Assembly: GCF_009914755.1 (NCBI RefSeq)
Contig: NC_060928.1
DNA: 64,000 nt
Strand: one strand, 5' to 3'
From: the human T2T-CHM13v2.0 reference genome, Homo sapiens
Position numbers and translations under genes: made by a program. This document shows, in pieces, positions 40,858 through 57,646 of the stretch. Under the pieces are notes generated by a model. The model did not search any database. It had not been told where the DNA came from and saw only the letters and a program-made list of their open reading frames with translations. Each line of letters starts with the position of its first letter. The stretch's first letter is position 1.

Positions 40858-41458
40858 TGTGTTGCTGCTCCCCAATACCACCCTCAGTTTCAATTATTTT
40901 CTAAGAGAACTCACAGAATTCAGCAAAACTGCTATACTCATGATTATGGCTTATTAGAGCAGAAGAATACAAATTCAACTCAGCAAAGGAACAAGGTACA
41001 GAGAACAGAATCCAGGAGAGACAAGACACAAGCTTCCAGTTTTTCTCTCTCAGTGGAGTTGCAGGGACAGCACTTAATTCTCCAAGCAATAATGTGTAAT
41101 AATATGTATGAAGTATTGCCAACCAGGGAAGCTCAGCAGAGTTGGTATCCTGTAGTTCTATTGAGGGTCAGTCACACAGGCATGGAGCAACCCTGTGGTT
41201 GACTTTAGTTATGCAAACTTCAGCCCCTCCAGATATAGATACATCAAGCTGATACAGCCTGGCTCAAGGTCCTCACCATAAATCTCATATTTTGCTTAAA
41301 TGGTCTGGTGTGGCCTAAGGCCCCAGGTGTACAAAACACTTTTATTTGATATTCCAAGGTCTTAAAGGTTATCTCCCAGGAGCCTGCCAACAATCAGTTA
41401 TTTGGAATGTATAGTGTTTGAACACCTAAAACATGCTGAGTTTATCCTTTCCTGCACA
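40858..41458 (-). mobile_element. ERVL-class solo LTR (MER68/MER77-like)
   Basis: AACTCACAGAATTCAGCAAAACTGCTATACTCATG...TTGCCAACCAGGGAAGCTC...CTTTCCTGCACA. Confidence 0.65.
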
Positions 41459-42182
41459 GAATATCTGCTTCATTCTTTTCTACTTGCTTGGCTCTCTGGA
41501 TACCCACAGCATTTCATGCCTCCTCTGATTCTTTTAAATAATAATTGCAAGAAGACTTCCCCTCTACTGTTGCTTCAGTTCTTATTCAGAGAACCTCAAG
41601 AGCTGTATAACTGTATAATTATCACTTTTTTAGAATAGTATGGCTGTGAAATCAAGAAAAAAGTGTCACTTTGCAAAAATAACGAAAAACTATAAACAAA
41701 TATGCCATTATAATTTGAATCACATTTGTAAAACTTCTAGATATTCATGCTAACTCCACCACATCTTTTTGTAAATACACGACTTATTGCCTTTAATTTG
41801 TCTTGTACTTTCAAAAACTGGAAAAACATTGCTCACATAATTTTTTTTATTTTTTAAGTTGAAGTATTTATAGTGATGTTATTTGCTTTTATATTGTGAT
41901 AAAATATATGAAATATCAAATTTACCATTTTAACTATTTTTAAAATACAATTCAGTGGCAAAAACATTTTTGTTTTCCAAGCACATGGTACAGACTAGTC
42001 TACTTTCTGCCTTTATAAATTTTACTCTAGGTACATTATACAAGTGGAATTATGCAATTCCAATTATTGGGAAAAAATTCCCAATTTTTATCTTGTGTCA
42101 GTACTATTTAACTTAATATTATGTTCTCAAGGTGTATCCATGCTGTAGCTTGTATCAGAATTTAAGAGTGAATAACATTCAA

Positions 42183-42214
<32 letters not shown>

Positions 42215-42937
42215 GGATAAATGGATATATAGATGAAAGGATAAACAAAATGTACTATACATATTTTTTTCTTTGTTTTGTTTATATATATATATTTTTT
42301 TCTTTGTTTTGTTTATCCATTCATCTGTTGATGGACAGACATTTGGGTTGCTTCCACATTTTTGCTCTTATGAATAAAGTTGCTATAGACATTGGTGTTT
42401 AGAGATCTGTTCAAGTTTCTGCTTTGAATTCTTCGGAGTGTACGTGTAAGAATGGAATTGCTTGGTCACATGGTAATGAAGTTTAGTTTTTTGAGAAACC
42501 ACGACAACATTTTCTAGAGTGGCTGCACTATTTTACATTCCAACCATTAATGCACAAGTGTTTCAATTTCTCTGCCTCCTGACCAATACTTGTTATTTTC
42601 TATTTTCATGATAAGAGCTTTCCTAATGGCTGTAAAGTGATACCTCCCTATGAGTTTGATTTGCATTTCCCAATAAGCGATTTTGAGCATATTCTCATAT
42701 GTCTACTTGCTTTTAGTGTATCCTCTGTGGAGACATGTCTATGCAAATTATTTGCCCAATTTTTAATTGAGTTGTATTTTTTTGTTGAGGTGTCAATGTT
42801 CTTTACATATTCTGGATACTAATCCCTTACCAGATATGTGATTTGGAAATATCTTCTTCCATTCCATGGGTTGCCTTCTCACTTTCTTGATAGTGTTCTT
42901 TAATGCTCAACATTTATAAATTTTGATGAAGTCCAAT

Positions 42938-43818
42938 TGCTATGGTTTGAATATGTTCCCCCAAGAGCAGGGGTTGGTAACTTAATCCCCAATGCAACAG
43001 GGTTTGAAGGTTGGGCCTAATGAGAGGTGTTTAGGTGATGAGGGCTTCACTCTCATAAATGGATTAATGCCAGTTATAAAAGAGGTTAAGGCTTCAAGTT
43101 TGATCTCTTGCTCTTTCTTGCCCTTTCTTTGTCCTTCCACCATGGGACTGTGTCCAGAGTTGGCTCCTTCCAGTGGATCATGGTCTCACTGACCTCAAGA
43201 ATGAAGCCACGGACCTTCCCAGTGAGTGTTAACAGCTCTTAAAGGTGGCATGCACCCAAAGAGTGAGCAGCAGCAGGATTTATTGTGAAGAGCGAAATAA
43301 CAAAGCTTCCACAGCGTGGAAGGGGACCCGAGCACGTTGCCACTGCTGGCTGGTGTGGCCGGTTTTTATTCCCTTATTTGTCCCCCTCCCATGTTCCGTT
43401 TTTGTCCTATCAGAGTGTCCCTTTTTCAATACTCCCTGTGATTGGCTACTTTCAGGATCCTGCTGATTGGTGCATTTTACAGAGCGCTGATTCGAGCATT
43501 TTACAGAGTGCTGATCTGTGCATTTTACAATCCTCTTGCTAGCTACAGAGCGCTGATTGCTGAGTTTTTACAGAGCACTGACTCGTGCATTTTACAATCC
43601 TCTTACTAGACAGAAAATTCTCCAAGTCCCCACTGGACCCAGGAGGTCCACCTGGCTTCACCTCTCAGGATGACACAGCAATATGGTCCTCAAAAGATGC
43701 CAGCCCCTTGGTTTTGGGACTTCCCAGTCTTTAGAATCATGAATCAATAAATTTCTGTTTCTTATAAGTTACCCAGTATCAGGTATTATGTTACAGCAGC
43801 ACCGAATGAACTAAGACA
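42938..43818 (+). mobile_element. MST-class MaLR solo LTR split by LTR12
   Basis: TGCTATGGTTTGAAT start, AATAAATTTCTG...GAACTAAGACA end. Confidence 0.85.
43149..43667 (-). mobile_element. LTR12 (ERV9) solo LTR, short LTR12F/B-like form
   Basis: TGTGTCCAGAGTTGG...AAGAATGAAGCCACGGACC...CTGATTGGTGCATTTTACA repeats...GGCTTCACCTCTCA; 4-bp TSD GGAC/GGAT. Confidence 0.92.
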
Positions 43819-44494
43819 TCTATTTTTTTCTTGTTTGCCTGTGCCCTTTGTGTCAAATAAATTATTGCCATCTCTATTGTCATGAAGCTTTTCTCTGTTT
43901 TCTTCTAAGAGTAGAAAATGCAGAATCTGAGTAGCTTTGGACTTCTAAAAATTAATATAGAATATAAATTAAGTCTTTTCAACATTTTAGGGATAAGTGA
44001 TTAGCAACTATAAATATATATGAAAACACATTTGTAAGTATGAGAAAGAGTAAAATACATATTTATATAGTATAAAAAGTATATAGAGAGTTTATTAGGT
44101 GTACTTACATAATTATATTTGTAGAATATGATGTGTCCTTATATACAACCCCTTTCAAAGCCTACGGGAAGATATGTTTCATTAAGTGAGAATGGAAAAA
44201 AAAAGAAGGTAGAAGACATGGTATTCAGGAAACATGGAAAATAGTGAAGGGAATTCATAGGATGGTGGTGGGGGAACTCCCAGGATGAAAGCAAAGCAAG
44301 TAGCCATATAAATTTAGAGTGGTAAGGTTAGTGCTTTCAGAAAGTTATCTACAAACATATTAAGGGAACTGATCAAAGAGCTGATGAGATTAAAGACAGT
44401 GCAAGAGTGAGCACAATTTTGTCAGAGAGTTTGGGAGACATTGATAATAATTTTGGTAGCCATTTATAACTCAGGAGAAACAACACAAACTCTA

Positions 44495-44668
44495 GCCCAG
44501 GCTGGAGTAGAGTGTGAGAGATCGTAACACACTGCAGCCCTGAACTCTTGTGGTCAAGTGCTCTTCCTGCCTCAGCCTCCCTAGTAGTTGGGACCACATT
44601 TGCAGCACCACACCTGGCTACATTTTTTAACATTTTTTGGAGACAGAATCTTGCTATGTTGCCCAGGA
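44495..44668 (-). mobile_element. AluJ fragment
   Basis: GCCCAGGCTGGAG...CACTGCAGCC..GAACTC...TTGCTATGTTGCCCAGG. Confidence 0.8.
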
Positions 44669-47387
44669 TAGAAAATGTTTTTCTTTAAGCCTTAAAGAAG
44701 TATGTGAGATTTTAAAACCTGTGAATACTTTGCTTTTAATTTGACGTGAATAGTCCATCATACTTTTCTGACTTGCAACATCTGAAAAAGTTTTTTTTTA
44801 CTTGTTTTAGTGGGTTTGCCCCCAAACAGCCCTGATCTTGCTAGTTATTATTTAAATATGCCTTTTAACACTAAATTAAAACCAATGGTGGTAGTAGACT
44901 TGAGTTTTACTTATATCGAATTATGTAATACTATTTCAGCATATTGTCTATAACTACTGAATTTAGGTGATTTATATACTTTTGTGTATTATAGTTTTAA
45001 ATATTCATCTTGAACCATATTCTAACATTTAAAAAGAATATTCAAATTTTCAAAATCCAAAATTTGTTCATATTGCCTCATTTAATATTATTTTAATACT
45101 TACTTATTATTAGGTTATCCCTTCTTCAATTTTTAGAAGAAAAGAAAATCCTAAAATATTGGTGGTGGGTATAACCCAGAAGAAAGATACCAAATTTCCC
45201 AGAGAGATATTACTTAATGACATCACTTTTTACTTTGTAATAAATTATTTTTCAAATCAATTCTAAATCTTCTATATAAGCAGATTCTGTGGTATTTAAT
45301 TCTTTTCCTGATGTCAGGATTTGAAACAAAGTAAACAGTAAGGAAAAGTCAGTTTAAAAAAAATTGGTTAACTTTTTGGTACCTAATGACTATCGAGTTA
45401 TTTGTAATATTAGTTGTACAAACATGTTAAAACAATCATCCAATGATCCAAGGATTTGTTAGTATGCCTGGATTAATACATGCAATTGAAGACTGAAACA
45501 TTTGTATTTGCTTAATTTTACAAATTAGAAAATATTATGGAAATGTTGTTGGAAACAGAAACATTCTTGACATTCTTATTTAGAAATTAAGATTTCTCAC
45601 CTTGATTACTTTGACTCAGAAATAGAAGATGATTAATAAATTTGTTTCAACCTCAAAATCTTCAAAGTAGCAACTATTTCTATGTTCTTGAATTGATCAC
45701 AGAAAATTTAGTTTATGTTTTTACTAATTTTTTTCAGTAAGATAGATTATTGGATTTATAAGTCATAGTCATCAGGAAACTTTCATTTCTAAGAGTAAAT
45801 TTGTAAAAGAAACATAATCTCTATTTCTGCTATAACAATATGCAAGAATGTGAAGTGTAAGTCTCCTCTTCTACTATCTGCAGTTTGGCAGGAACAAAAT
45901 AGAGATACTGAGTATTGGTCAGCAGGGTGTGTTTGCCATTGTGCATATTCAACAGCTAAGAAAGTCATTTTTAGGCCTAACTGAATGCTGTAGATTTCCT
46001 ATAAGAAAAATACTTTGGATAGGATCCCAAATAACCAAGTAGTGGAATAGGGAAATTTACAAAATAATATGTATGACCAGTAACATACATCTTAAGGGAA
46101 AAGAAAACTGGAAATAAAAAGAGCTTAATGTACTTAAGAGACTTGAAAGGGATGAATGTTACTACTGCTATTTCTATTTTCTTAAAGTAACAATGGTCTA
46201 TTCAAGCTTTAATGGGTGGTTTGAGAAGTGAAGTACGTTCACTTGTGAAGGGAAGTCCTTCTTCGCTTAATTTTTCTTGTTAGCTCAAAGACTCACTGCA
46301 AGATTTCATTTCATAACCCTGAGTAGCTCAATCTCTGAAAATGTTGGTCATTTCTAACACATTCTGTTTCTTAAATGAGTATGAGAGGATTGGAAACAGT
46401 GAGAATTTTGATTATAAAATTATTTATCTAGTGCATAAGACTGTGTTGTAAAAATTCTGGCATTTAGAGTGATTCAATGTGAGAATATTTGGATCACATA
46501 TAGGCAAACATTTGCTTTAGTTTAGTTTTACTAAAGATCATTAATACTGTCAGGAATATCAAATAGTAAGGGCAAACCAAGGACAGAAATAAAATCTCCA
46601 GGCTGATGATCATAAAGTTATGGTGCTACCCTTTCCAAAATAAATTGCAACACCTGTGTGTATCAATGGGCAAGAGAAATCAATACATGTTAGCATTCTC
46701 AGTGGGAAACAAGGTTTTGCTACTATTTATCTGTGAACACATATTGCATAATCATCAGTCATGGGACTGCTTCCTAATATATGTATGCTGGAGGTTTGGC
46801 TCTGTATCTGCATTTTCGAATTAGTCCCAGTGTGACAGAAAATCCCTGTAATTTGGGGGTAAGAAGCAAACAAACGCAGGTAGGGTAAACATTACTGGAA
46901 TAAAAATATATCTCTTCCCCCAATGCTGAAAAAAATTAACATGCAACATTTAAAGTACCCTGTACACTTGCCTATTGTGGTTATTTTTCTTTTTAACATC
47001 TATTGGGCGGTGTGGATGAGCAACAGTACCTGCAACTGTAGAGATATTCAAATCCTCACAGCTGTCAGTAAAGCCTACACTAATGTGTCCTGAAAGAGTG
47101 ATTAATAGGTTTTGACAATATCATTGCATTGCATATTTAATCAGATTATACATCTGTTAGAAATGGTTTGCTTCTAACATCTGCAGTCAAAATTCACAAT
47201 CGGTATTCAGATCATTTCCTCAGCAGACACATGAAACGACTATGTCAGTGTTCCTGGTGACAAGTTAAAACTGCATGCCAGAAAAAGATGAATCACGACA
47301 TTTTCTTCATTTGTTTAGTTTTTTCCCAACATTTCCTAGAAGTTTATCTGTGCTTAAATTAATGCTCATTAACAAGAAGGAAGACAA

Positions 47388-47460
47388 ATATATACATATA
47401 AGTTATTACATATACATACACACACACATGCACACACACACACATATGTACATATATATA
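47388..47460. repeat. (CA)n/(TA)n compound microsatellite
   Basis: Direct reading. Confidence 0.8.
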
Positions 47461-47799
47461 ATTGTAAACTATAATCTCAAGCAAGACACACACAGAGGCT
47501 TGATGCCATCCTAAAGGTGATACTACTTAGTTATAATTTCAAAACATATTTCAAGTGATAATGCTAGTCTAAGAAGACAGGTATTATGAGACAGATTTTC
47601 ACATTATAAAGTTCAATATGACAACTTGTATTTTATTGTGATTGTTATATAAAATATGGAAGAAAGTTATTCAATTACCACAGTAAGATTTAGACTTAAA
47701 TCCTATTTTCCTCTCAGTATTTATTCATTTCCTATATGTAGTTGGAAAATATCCCATTTACAAAAGACACCATCTCAACGCTAGTCATTTTATCTTAGT

Positions 47800-48225
47800 T
47801 CCAAAAGACACCTTGACATAAACAAGTGTCTTCCTCTATCTTCCACAACCTTGTCTCCAGCATTCCAACAGGTGAGCCACAAATCCTTCCTATATGCTAT
47901 TATAAACATCCACTCTTCAAAATCTGCAATCTGCTTAGAAATGACCAGTGTAATAAAACTTCCCTTGACAAAGTTATCAATGGCAACTACTTAAAAACTC
48001 AAAAGATCACTTTCTAGACCTTATCTTACTTGATCTCACTTGTACAGTTTGGCAATGCTACCTCCATTCTCAACACTCTGTCCACGTTTTTTCTCTCTGT
48101 GATCTATGCATGCCTTGTTTTCTTTCAAGCTCTGGACATTTCTTCTTAGTTTGGAGACATTCTCTTCCTCTGACTTTCTTAATTATGACATTCTAAGTGC
48201 TTTCATTAATCGTCTTTTCAGTTAT
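47800..48225 (+). mobile_element. L2 ORF2 fragment
   Basis: CCTTATCTTACTTGATCTC...TTTGGCAATG, characteristic of the L2 RT region. Confidence 0.55.
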
Positions 48226-48259
48226 GAATGAGGCTGTTCAAATTTAAAATTTTTCATTC

Positions 48260-48980
48260 CCTTTCTCTTTTCTCTGTCTTTGAATCTGATTGCATATATG
48301 CTAGAATTTATATCCTAAGGCCATTGAAGCTCTTTTCATTTATTTTATTCTCTTTTTTTCTGTATCTTTCATATTAGATAGTCTCTATTGTCATATTTTC
48401 AAATTTTGTGATCCTTTCTTCTCCAATGGCTAATCAACTGTTAATTCCATCAAGTGAAAATTTCAAATCCTGTATTTTATTCTTTATGTGTAGAAGTTCT
48501 ATTTCTCTTTTTAAAATGCATCTCCCATTTTTGTCTTTTCAATATTCATGCATTTCTTTATATTGCATGCATTTCTTATACTTCTATAATGTATAGAATA
48601 GCCCCCTTTAAAGTCCATGTTGATATTCTACCACCTGTATAATTCCCTGTTTTTTAAATCAATTTTTTCCTTTGATTTATGGGTTACATTTTTTCTAGTT
48701 CTCTGTATGTGTGGTAAACTTTGATTAGATACCAGGCATTCACAATTTACTCTCTTGAGGGATGGATATTATACTACTATAAAAGGTGTTGGATTTTGTA
48801 TTTTGTACCAGTTGCATTACTTGTGGCTGAACTAGATTCATTTGAGACATTCTTTTAAGTTTTGAAAGGATAGTCTCAGAGTATCATTTTCTATAGTTCT
48901 GGCTAGCTCCACTCTTAAGGCACAACACCTTGAGATCTGCATTGAAAGCTCAACTGTTCTACAAGATCTTTTCTCTTTAG
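48260..48980 (-). mobile_element. Old L1M 5'/ORF1 fragment
   Basis: TAGATAGTCTCTATTG...TTTTCAAATT...CTGTTAATTCCATCAAGTGAA. Confidence 0.6.
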
Positions 48981-49054
48981 CGGGTTTCCACCTGGAAACC
49001 ATTTCTGTGAATAGTGTAGTGTAGATGAAATGGCGTCATGATTATTTCTATATT

Positions 49055-51577
<2,523 letters not shown>

Positions 51578-52329
51578 GATTATTTCTACATTGTATTACT
51601 TGGCACCTTTAATTAAAAGGACCACAGCACTGAAGGGGCACATTTGCCATAAACCACATATTCATAAATGGTCAGACCTGCTTCTGCACATTCTATTATA
51701 TTCTACTCATTCATTTGTTTGTCTCTCAAAATAGTGAAGGTTTATTCCTGTATCTTGATAACTGATAATATGACACTTCTCATCTTTGTCTTTTGTTTTC
51801 AACATTATCTGAAAGACTCTGTCTTTCTATATATAGTTTTTAAATTAATTTTTAATTACATATAAACTATTGTTATTGTATTTATATTAAATTTAGGAGA
51901 ACTTTAAAACTTACTGAATTTTCCAATTCATGCATAAATTTTATTCCTCTGATTATTTGGGTACAATTTAAGTTCTCCCAATATTTATTTCACAGATACA
52001 TTCCCAAGTACTTTGCTACTTTGCATTTCTGGACTTTTCTTAGCAGAACATGAAATAGGCTCTATAAAGCCTACAGGAAAGAGTTTGCACCAATATTTAC
52101 TAGTTAGTGTATGAGAGGTAGTGCTAAACAGTCCATTGATCTTCAGATTGTTCCCCTAGGTGCTTCCTCTGAAAGGGGAGGGAATAACTTGTGGAGATCT
52201 TATTACTAGTCTCCCTTCCTGCTGCAATTATTGCCATCCTGATTTTATTAGAGCAACCATTTACACATCAGCTTCCACATACAAATCTTTTGAAACAAGA
52301 CTATTTTAAAATTCCTCAGTAACATATAG

Positions 52330-52545
52330 TTTTTTAGTTTTGCAGTTCAGTTAACCTGAATTTGAATTCTAGTTGTTTTATTTACTATTATTGTGATGCA
52401 GAGCCACATACTTTGCCCTTTTAAACTTTTGTTTGTTCGTATATCAAATGGGTACAATATAAAGTACTGGCAAATTTGATGTATTGAAAATATGAAAGTA
52501 TATGACATGTGACAGATACTCAGTGAATGGTAGCTGCTATATTTT
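52330..52545 (+). mobile_element. MIR SINE (degenerate)
   Basis: ACCTGAATTTGAATTCTAG...TACTCAGTGAATGGTAGCTGCTAT. Confidence 0.6.
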
Positions 52546-52619
52546 TATAATGTTATATATAGCAGGTACACTAGAAATCACCAATAGTAATATATTCACT
52601 ATATAGCTGAAAAACTGAA

Positions 52620-53040
52620 GCTCATTCATAAACTCATTCAACAAGTATTTATGAGTTACTGGTGCTCATGGAGATAAAAAAGTGACAGGGATTGAAGGAG
52701 CTATTATGAAAATAAAACTCAGAGAAGTACTTTAGAAACAGTAAATATATATTTTAGCTGTGACTTCAATGAAATGCTACAGAGGCAAGTAGCTGAAGAA
52801 AAGTTGGAAACGGAAGCCTATGTGAAAATTATCTGGGTTAAAAAATGAACTTGATAGATTCAAAAATCAACAAGAAAGCCAGTGGACCAAGAGTGGAGTA
52901 AGCTATGCTTTTGGAGAGTGGTATGAAATTAGTTTAGAAACATAAACTGATGGATATAATGACCATAGTCTCAGTTATGTAGGGGGACGTCACTGGAGAG
53001 TTTTCATCAGGGAAGTGAAAAGATTTGATTTAGAATTTGT
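52620..53040 (-). mobile_element. L2 3' fragment
   Basis: CTCATTCAACAAGTATTTATGAG...CACTGGAGAGTTTTCATCAGGGAAGTGA. Confidence 0.65.
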
Positions 53041-53463
53041 GTTGAGCCAAAGACCATTATAAGTTTCTAGATCACCTTTTAAATGTAACGTATAAAATAT
53101 ATCAATAATTTTTTATTGAACAATTATTTTTTGGAAACAGACTGAAATACAATGATATTCAGTGCAATGGAATGATGCTAAACACTTCCTGAAATCGACA
53201 TTGTTATCAAAGTCCAAAAATCCCATCCTGTTTGTAAAATTAGTATATTCTCCTTTGCTAGTGTCATACTAAAATTTTTCTAATTTTTAATAATTTGTCT
53301 GAAAATATAAGGCTAAAATAATTTTAAATTATGTCTTATTTACTCAATAATTTGTGATGTTGATATATATAGGTCTTCCTGTACATATATACTCCTATTT
53401 TCTTACTGAGATATCAGTACACTCCATTTATCAATTTAAATTATTTTTGTAACCTCAAACATA

Positions 53464-53770
53464 TTATTATTATTATTATTATATTTCTTTTGAGACAGGA
53501 TCTCGCTCTTTCTCTCATTCTGGAATGCAGTGGTGTACCCTCAGCTCACTGCACTTGATCTCCTAGGCTCAAGCGATCCTCCCATCTCAGCCTCCTGAAT
53601 AGCTGGGATTAAAGGTGCATGCCACCATGCCTGGCTAATTTTTGTATTTTTTGTAGAGATGGAGTTTGGTCATGTTGCCCACACTTGTCTTGAGCTTGTA
53701 GACTCAAGCATTCTGCATACTTGGTCTCAAAAAGTGCTAGAATTACAGGCATGAGCCACTGTGACGAGCT
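53464..53770 (-). mobile_element. AluJ
   Basis: GAGACAGGATCTCGCTCT, GGCTCAAGCGATCCTCCC; (TTA)n tail; high divergence. Confidence 0.9.
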
Positions 53771-54041
53771 TAAACTTATTATTTTAATTGAAATAAAATT
53801 ATTTGGATGAATCTATACTGATAATATATAGTAATCTAATTGGTAAAAATTCCATAATGGACATTATATGGACATCCTATAACTAACATTGTTTATTGGT
53901 TTCTGTGCTAACTAAATTGCTGCCCAGTTTCACACAGTTACATAACCTTCATCTCAGTCTCTTTTCAATAGAATAGGTTAATGACAATATCTAGCTTCAA
54001 ACATGCATCTTACCAATAACGTATTAGAAGTTACAATGGTA

Positions 54042-54344
54042 GGCCGGGCGCGGTGACTCATGCCTGTAATCCCAGCACTTTGGGAGGCCGAGGCCGGTGG
54101 ATCACGAGGTCAGTAGTTAGTTCAAGACCAGCCTGGCCAATATGGTGAACCCCTGTCTCCACTAAAAATAGAAAAATTAGACGGGCGTGGTGGCGCGCTC
54201 CTGCAGTTCCAGCTACTCTGGAGGCTGAGGCAAAAGAGTCGCTTTGACCTTGGAGGCGGAGGTTGCAGTGAGCCGAGATCGTGCCACTGCTCTTCAGCGT
54301 GGGTGACAGAGCGAGACTCCGTCTCAAATAAACAAACAAGCAAA
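54042..54344 (+). mobile_element. AluS (Sg-like), full length
   Basis: GGCCGGGCGCGG, GATCACGAGG, AGACCAGCCTGGCCAA; TSD AAGTTACAATGG(T/C)A at 54028-54041 and 54345-54358. Confidence 0.92.
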
Positions 54345-55690
54345 AAGTTACAATGGCAAAATGTGCTTTAAAAACAGTAATCCAAAATGCTTATTAGAGT
54401 ACAAATATTGACGATGGAGCCGAATCACAGCATGCCCTAATTTTGTAATTAACAATGAATCAAAAGAAGCTATTAAGCTTCTGTTGCATGTCTATTCTTA
54501 ATAAACCTCATGCTGCTTAATGCTCAAAATTCTATTGTCCTCTTAATATGTTTATAGATTTTTGTAGAATCAAATATAATAGTATGTTTGAGGGATAATT
54601 ATTTTCATAAGCATTTATAAAGAATTATTTCAACATTTACCTCTCCTTCTTGCCCATTATAACTGTTTAACTTTCTGAGTTTCTTGCATTTTTTATAGAA
54701 CAAAAATATTGTACAGTAATCATGGAACAATTTCAATGTGTATCTTCCTTCTCAATATGTTGATCTTTTCAATATATGTTCAAATTATCTAGGTTTTTGT
54801 TCACAGACATATCTGATCAATGTTTAATTTTGGCAAACTTCATTAGTTTTTCATTGTGCTGACATTTTTGTTAGAAACATATACATTTCCAAGGTAAGCA
54901 TTTTCAATCTTGTAATAAAAATACTGCTTTGTTAAATTCATTCTATCATTTATTGAAATACAAATGCTGACACCTCATAATGCAGTAACATTTTCTTGCT
55001 AAGAAAAAGGTAGATATTTTGTTTAAAACATATTTTGTTAAAGTGGCATACTTTAAAAGAAGGAAAAAAAGATTATGCCCATTTCATTGTCCACTAAATT
55101 AGGGAAAAGAGATAACTCCAGATATATGCCATGCTTTAAATTGGTACATTCTTACACTGTTGATGGCTTTCACAAACATTACAAGAACAGAAAGCAATGT
55201 GAAATGCACAGAAATAAACATATATGTCGCCTTATTTTTTAACAGAGGAGTTCTACTCTCAGAAATATACGATAAAAGAATAACTTCTCCAAAACCAAAA
55301 CAAAAAGAAAAAGACAGAAACAAGACCTTTCCCTTATAAAAATACATATGTGGCTTTTTTTTTTACCTTTAATTTAAAAACCTGAAAAGGAATACTGTGG
55401 TACACTTTAGATGTCACTAGTCAGCCATTATACTTTGTGATTATTTAGATTATTTAGTAACTGATTTTTAAATAATATAGTACTAAAGGAAAAGTAGTTA
55501 AAACAAAAAAGGCATGTGCAAATGAGCTCAAATAACTTCAATGGAGCAGTTACATAGATTAAGATTGGATAGCAATATACAAAGCTAGAAATAGATGTAT
55601 TAAATTGAAAACATTATGGTTGTTTTAACTTATATGTTTAAAATTCTTATTAATATTTTGATACAGTATTATTTTTCAGTGGTTAAATAG

Positions 55691-55968
<278 letters not shown>

Positions 55969-56304
55969 ATATTCTAACAAGAGAGTGACATAACTACATA
56001 TCACAAAAAAAATTATTGCTATAGTCACAGTACAAAAATTATAAATTATTCAAATCAAATTAATATAAAATATATTTCAAGTTATAATTTTCATATTTCA
56101 GAAAATATTTTAAGTAAAATTATACAATTTAAGGTACAAACTCCATATAAACAATATTTTTATAAATAACAATAAAACATTACAGTTTTTAATGCACATA
56201 TTTTCATGTTTTTTCCATTTTGCTGTGTTTGAAGTTGTTCTAAGTTAAACATTCTTTTTTCTAATACCTTTCTATCAAAAAATGATTATAATTTTTATAA
56301 TATT

Positions 56305-56720
56305 TTTCACAATAGCCAAGATGTGAAATCAAACATAATGTCTATCTTTGAATTAGTAGATTTAAAAATATGGTATATTCTCTAAAGATAATTTTAATCA
56401 GCTACAAAAATGAGGAAATCCTGCCATATGCAACACTATAGATAAATTTTGAAAATGTTAAGTGAAATAAGCCAGTCATAGAGGCCAAATATTGTATGAT
56501 ACCACTTATAGGAGGTACCTAAAATCATTGAATTTATAGAAACCTCTAGACAGTAGAATGTTGGTTGCCTGGGCCTAGGAGTAAGGGGGAAATAGGGAGT
56601 CACTGTTCAATAGATAGTTTGGCAAGATGAATACATTCTAGAGAGCTGCTGTACTACCTTGTGTCTATAGATACAATACAGCATCGTACACCTGAAAATT
56701 GGTAAGAGGGTAGATCTACA
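56305..56720 (+). mobile_element. L1MA/MB 3' fragment
   Basis: CACAATAGCCAAGAT...AAGTGAAATAAGCCAGTCA...GTAAGAGGGTAGATCT. Confidence 0.8.
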
Positions 56721-57047
56721 CACCCACACACAGATATGCAGATACGCAGAGGATTGGTTATTGGTTGGGTGTTCCATATTGCAGTTGTACGGTTCAGGTG
56801 TTCAATTTTTGTACAATATTAAATCTTGCTTGAAATATTTCACACTATAATGAACTAATAATGATTTCATTAATTTTCCTCTCCACAGTACACTTCATAT
56901 TTTTGATGATTAATATTAGTGCCTTTTTGAATATATAAATATACTTATCATGCTGTGGGTATAATTGATGGAAATTTGTAATAAAAGGCTATTTTTAATA
57001 ATCCTTGTCTTACTTGGAGTCTCCTGCTCTAACTAATATTTGAATAT

Positions 57048-57190
57048 TCCCAACACAAAGCGATAATAAATGTTTGAGGTAATGGATATGCTAATTGCTC
57101 TGATTTGATCATTATACATGTATACATGTATCCAAAATTCACACTGTACCTTACAAATATGTTATAATTATTATATGTCCATTAAAAACA
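57048..57190 (+). mobile_element. L1MA 3' terminus
   Basis: ATAAATGTTTGAGGTAATGGATATGCTAATT..CTGATTTGATCATTATACA. Confidence 0.8.
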
Positions 57191-57646
57191 ATCACACTAA
57201 AAGCAGAAAAAAAATCAACAGCAACAACTCCAAGATTCAATACCACGACCATTACCATGAACACCACCAATGCCACCTCTTTCCTGCAGCAGATATTATA
57301 GCAAGCCAGTATGTGTATATGTTTCTTAAAACCCTTCCAATAACCATGTATTCAATAATATTATATCTATGCTCAAAGAAATGCTACCCCAAAATGAACA
57401 CTGAAAAACATGGCAGTGGACACCATGAATAATTTCAGACTGCCCTGCAGAATGGGGCAAAGACTAAAGCACTAATTCAAATATTCTACTCTGGCTAGGC
57501 TGTTTGTTATAGATTTATTTGTATCTAAAAATTATTCACATTGAAATTAGATGATAAACATCCTAAACTAAGAAGATTTCCCTGTTATTCTTTGTGACTC
57601 CATGAATTTCAAATAGTGTGATTGAGGGGTAAGAAATTCCCAAATT

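Larger units (their letters stand above)
41890..43912 (-). mobile_element. L1MB-like 3' region, interrupted by MST LTR and LTR12
   Basis: ATTGTGATAAAATAT...AATTTACCATTTTAAC; CCATTCATCTGTTGATGGACA; resumes after 43818. Confidence 0.8.

Noticed and set aside
43455-43600. Regularly spaced ~24-nt repeats resembling a CRISPR array
   Set aside because: LTR12 enhancer repeats; no unique spacers, no cas genes, eukaryotic context
57118-57432. 104-aa ORF with His-rich stretch
   Set aside because: Starts inside an L1MA 3' end; the His-rich part is a degenerate (CAC/CAT)n simple repeat
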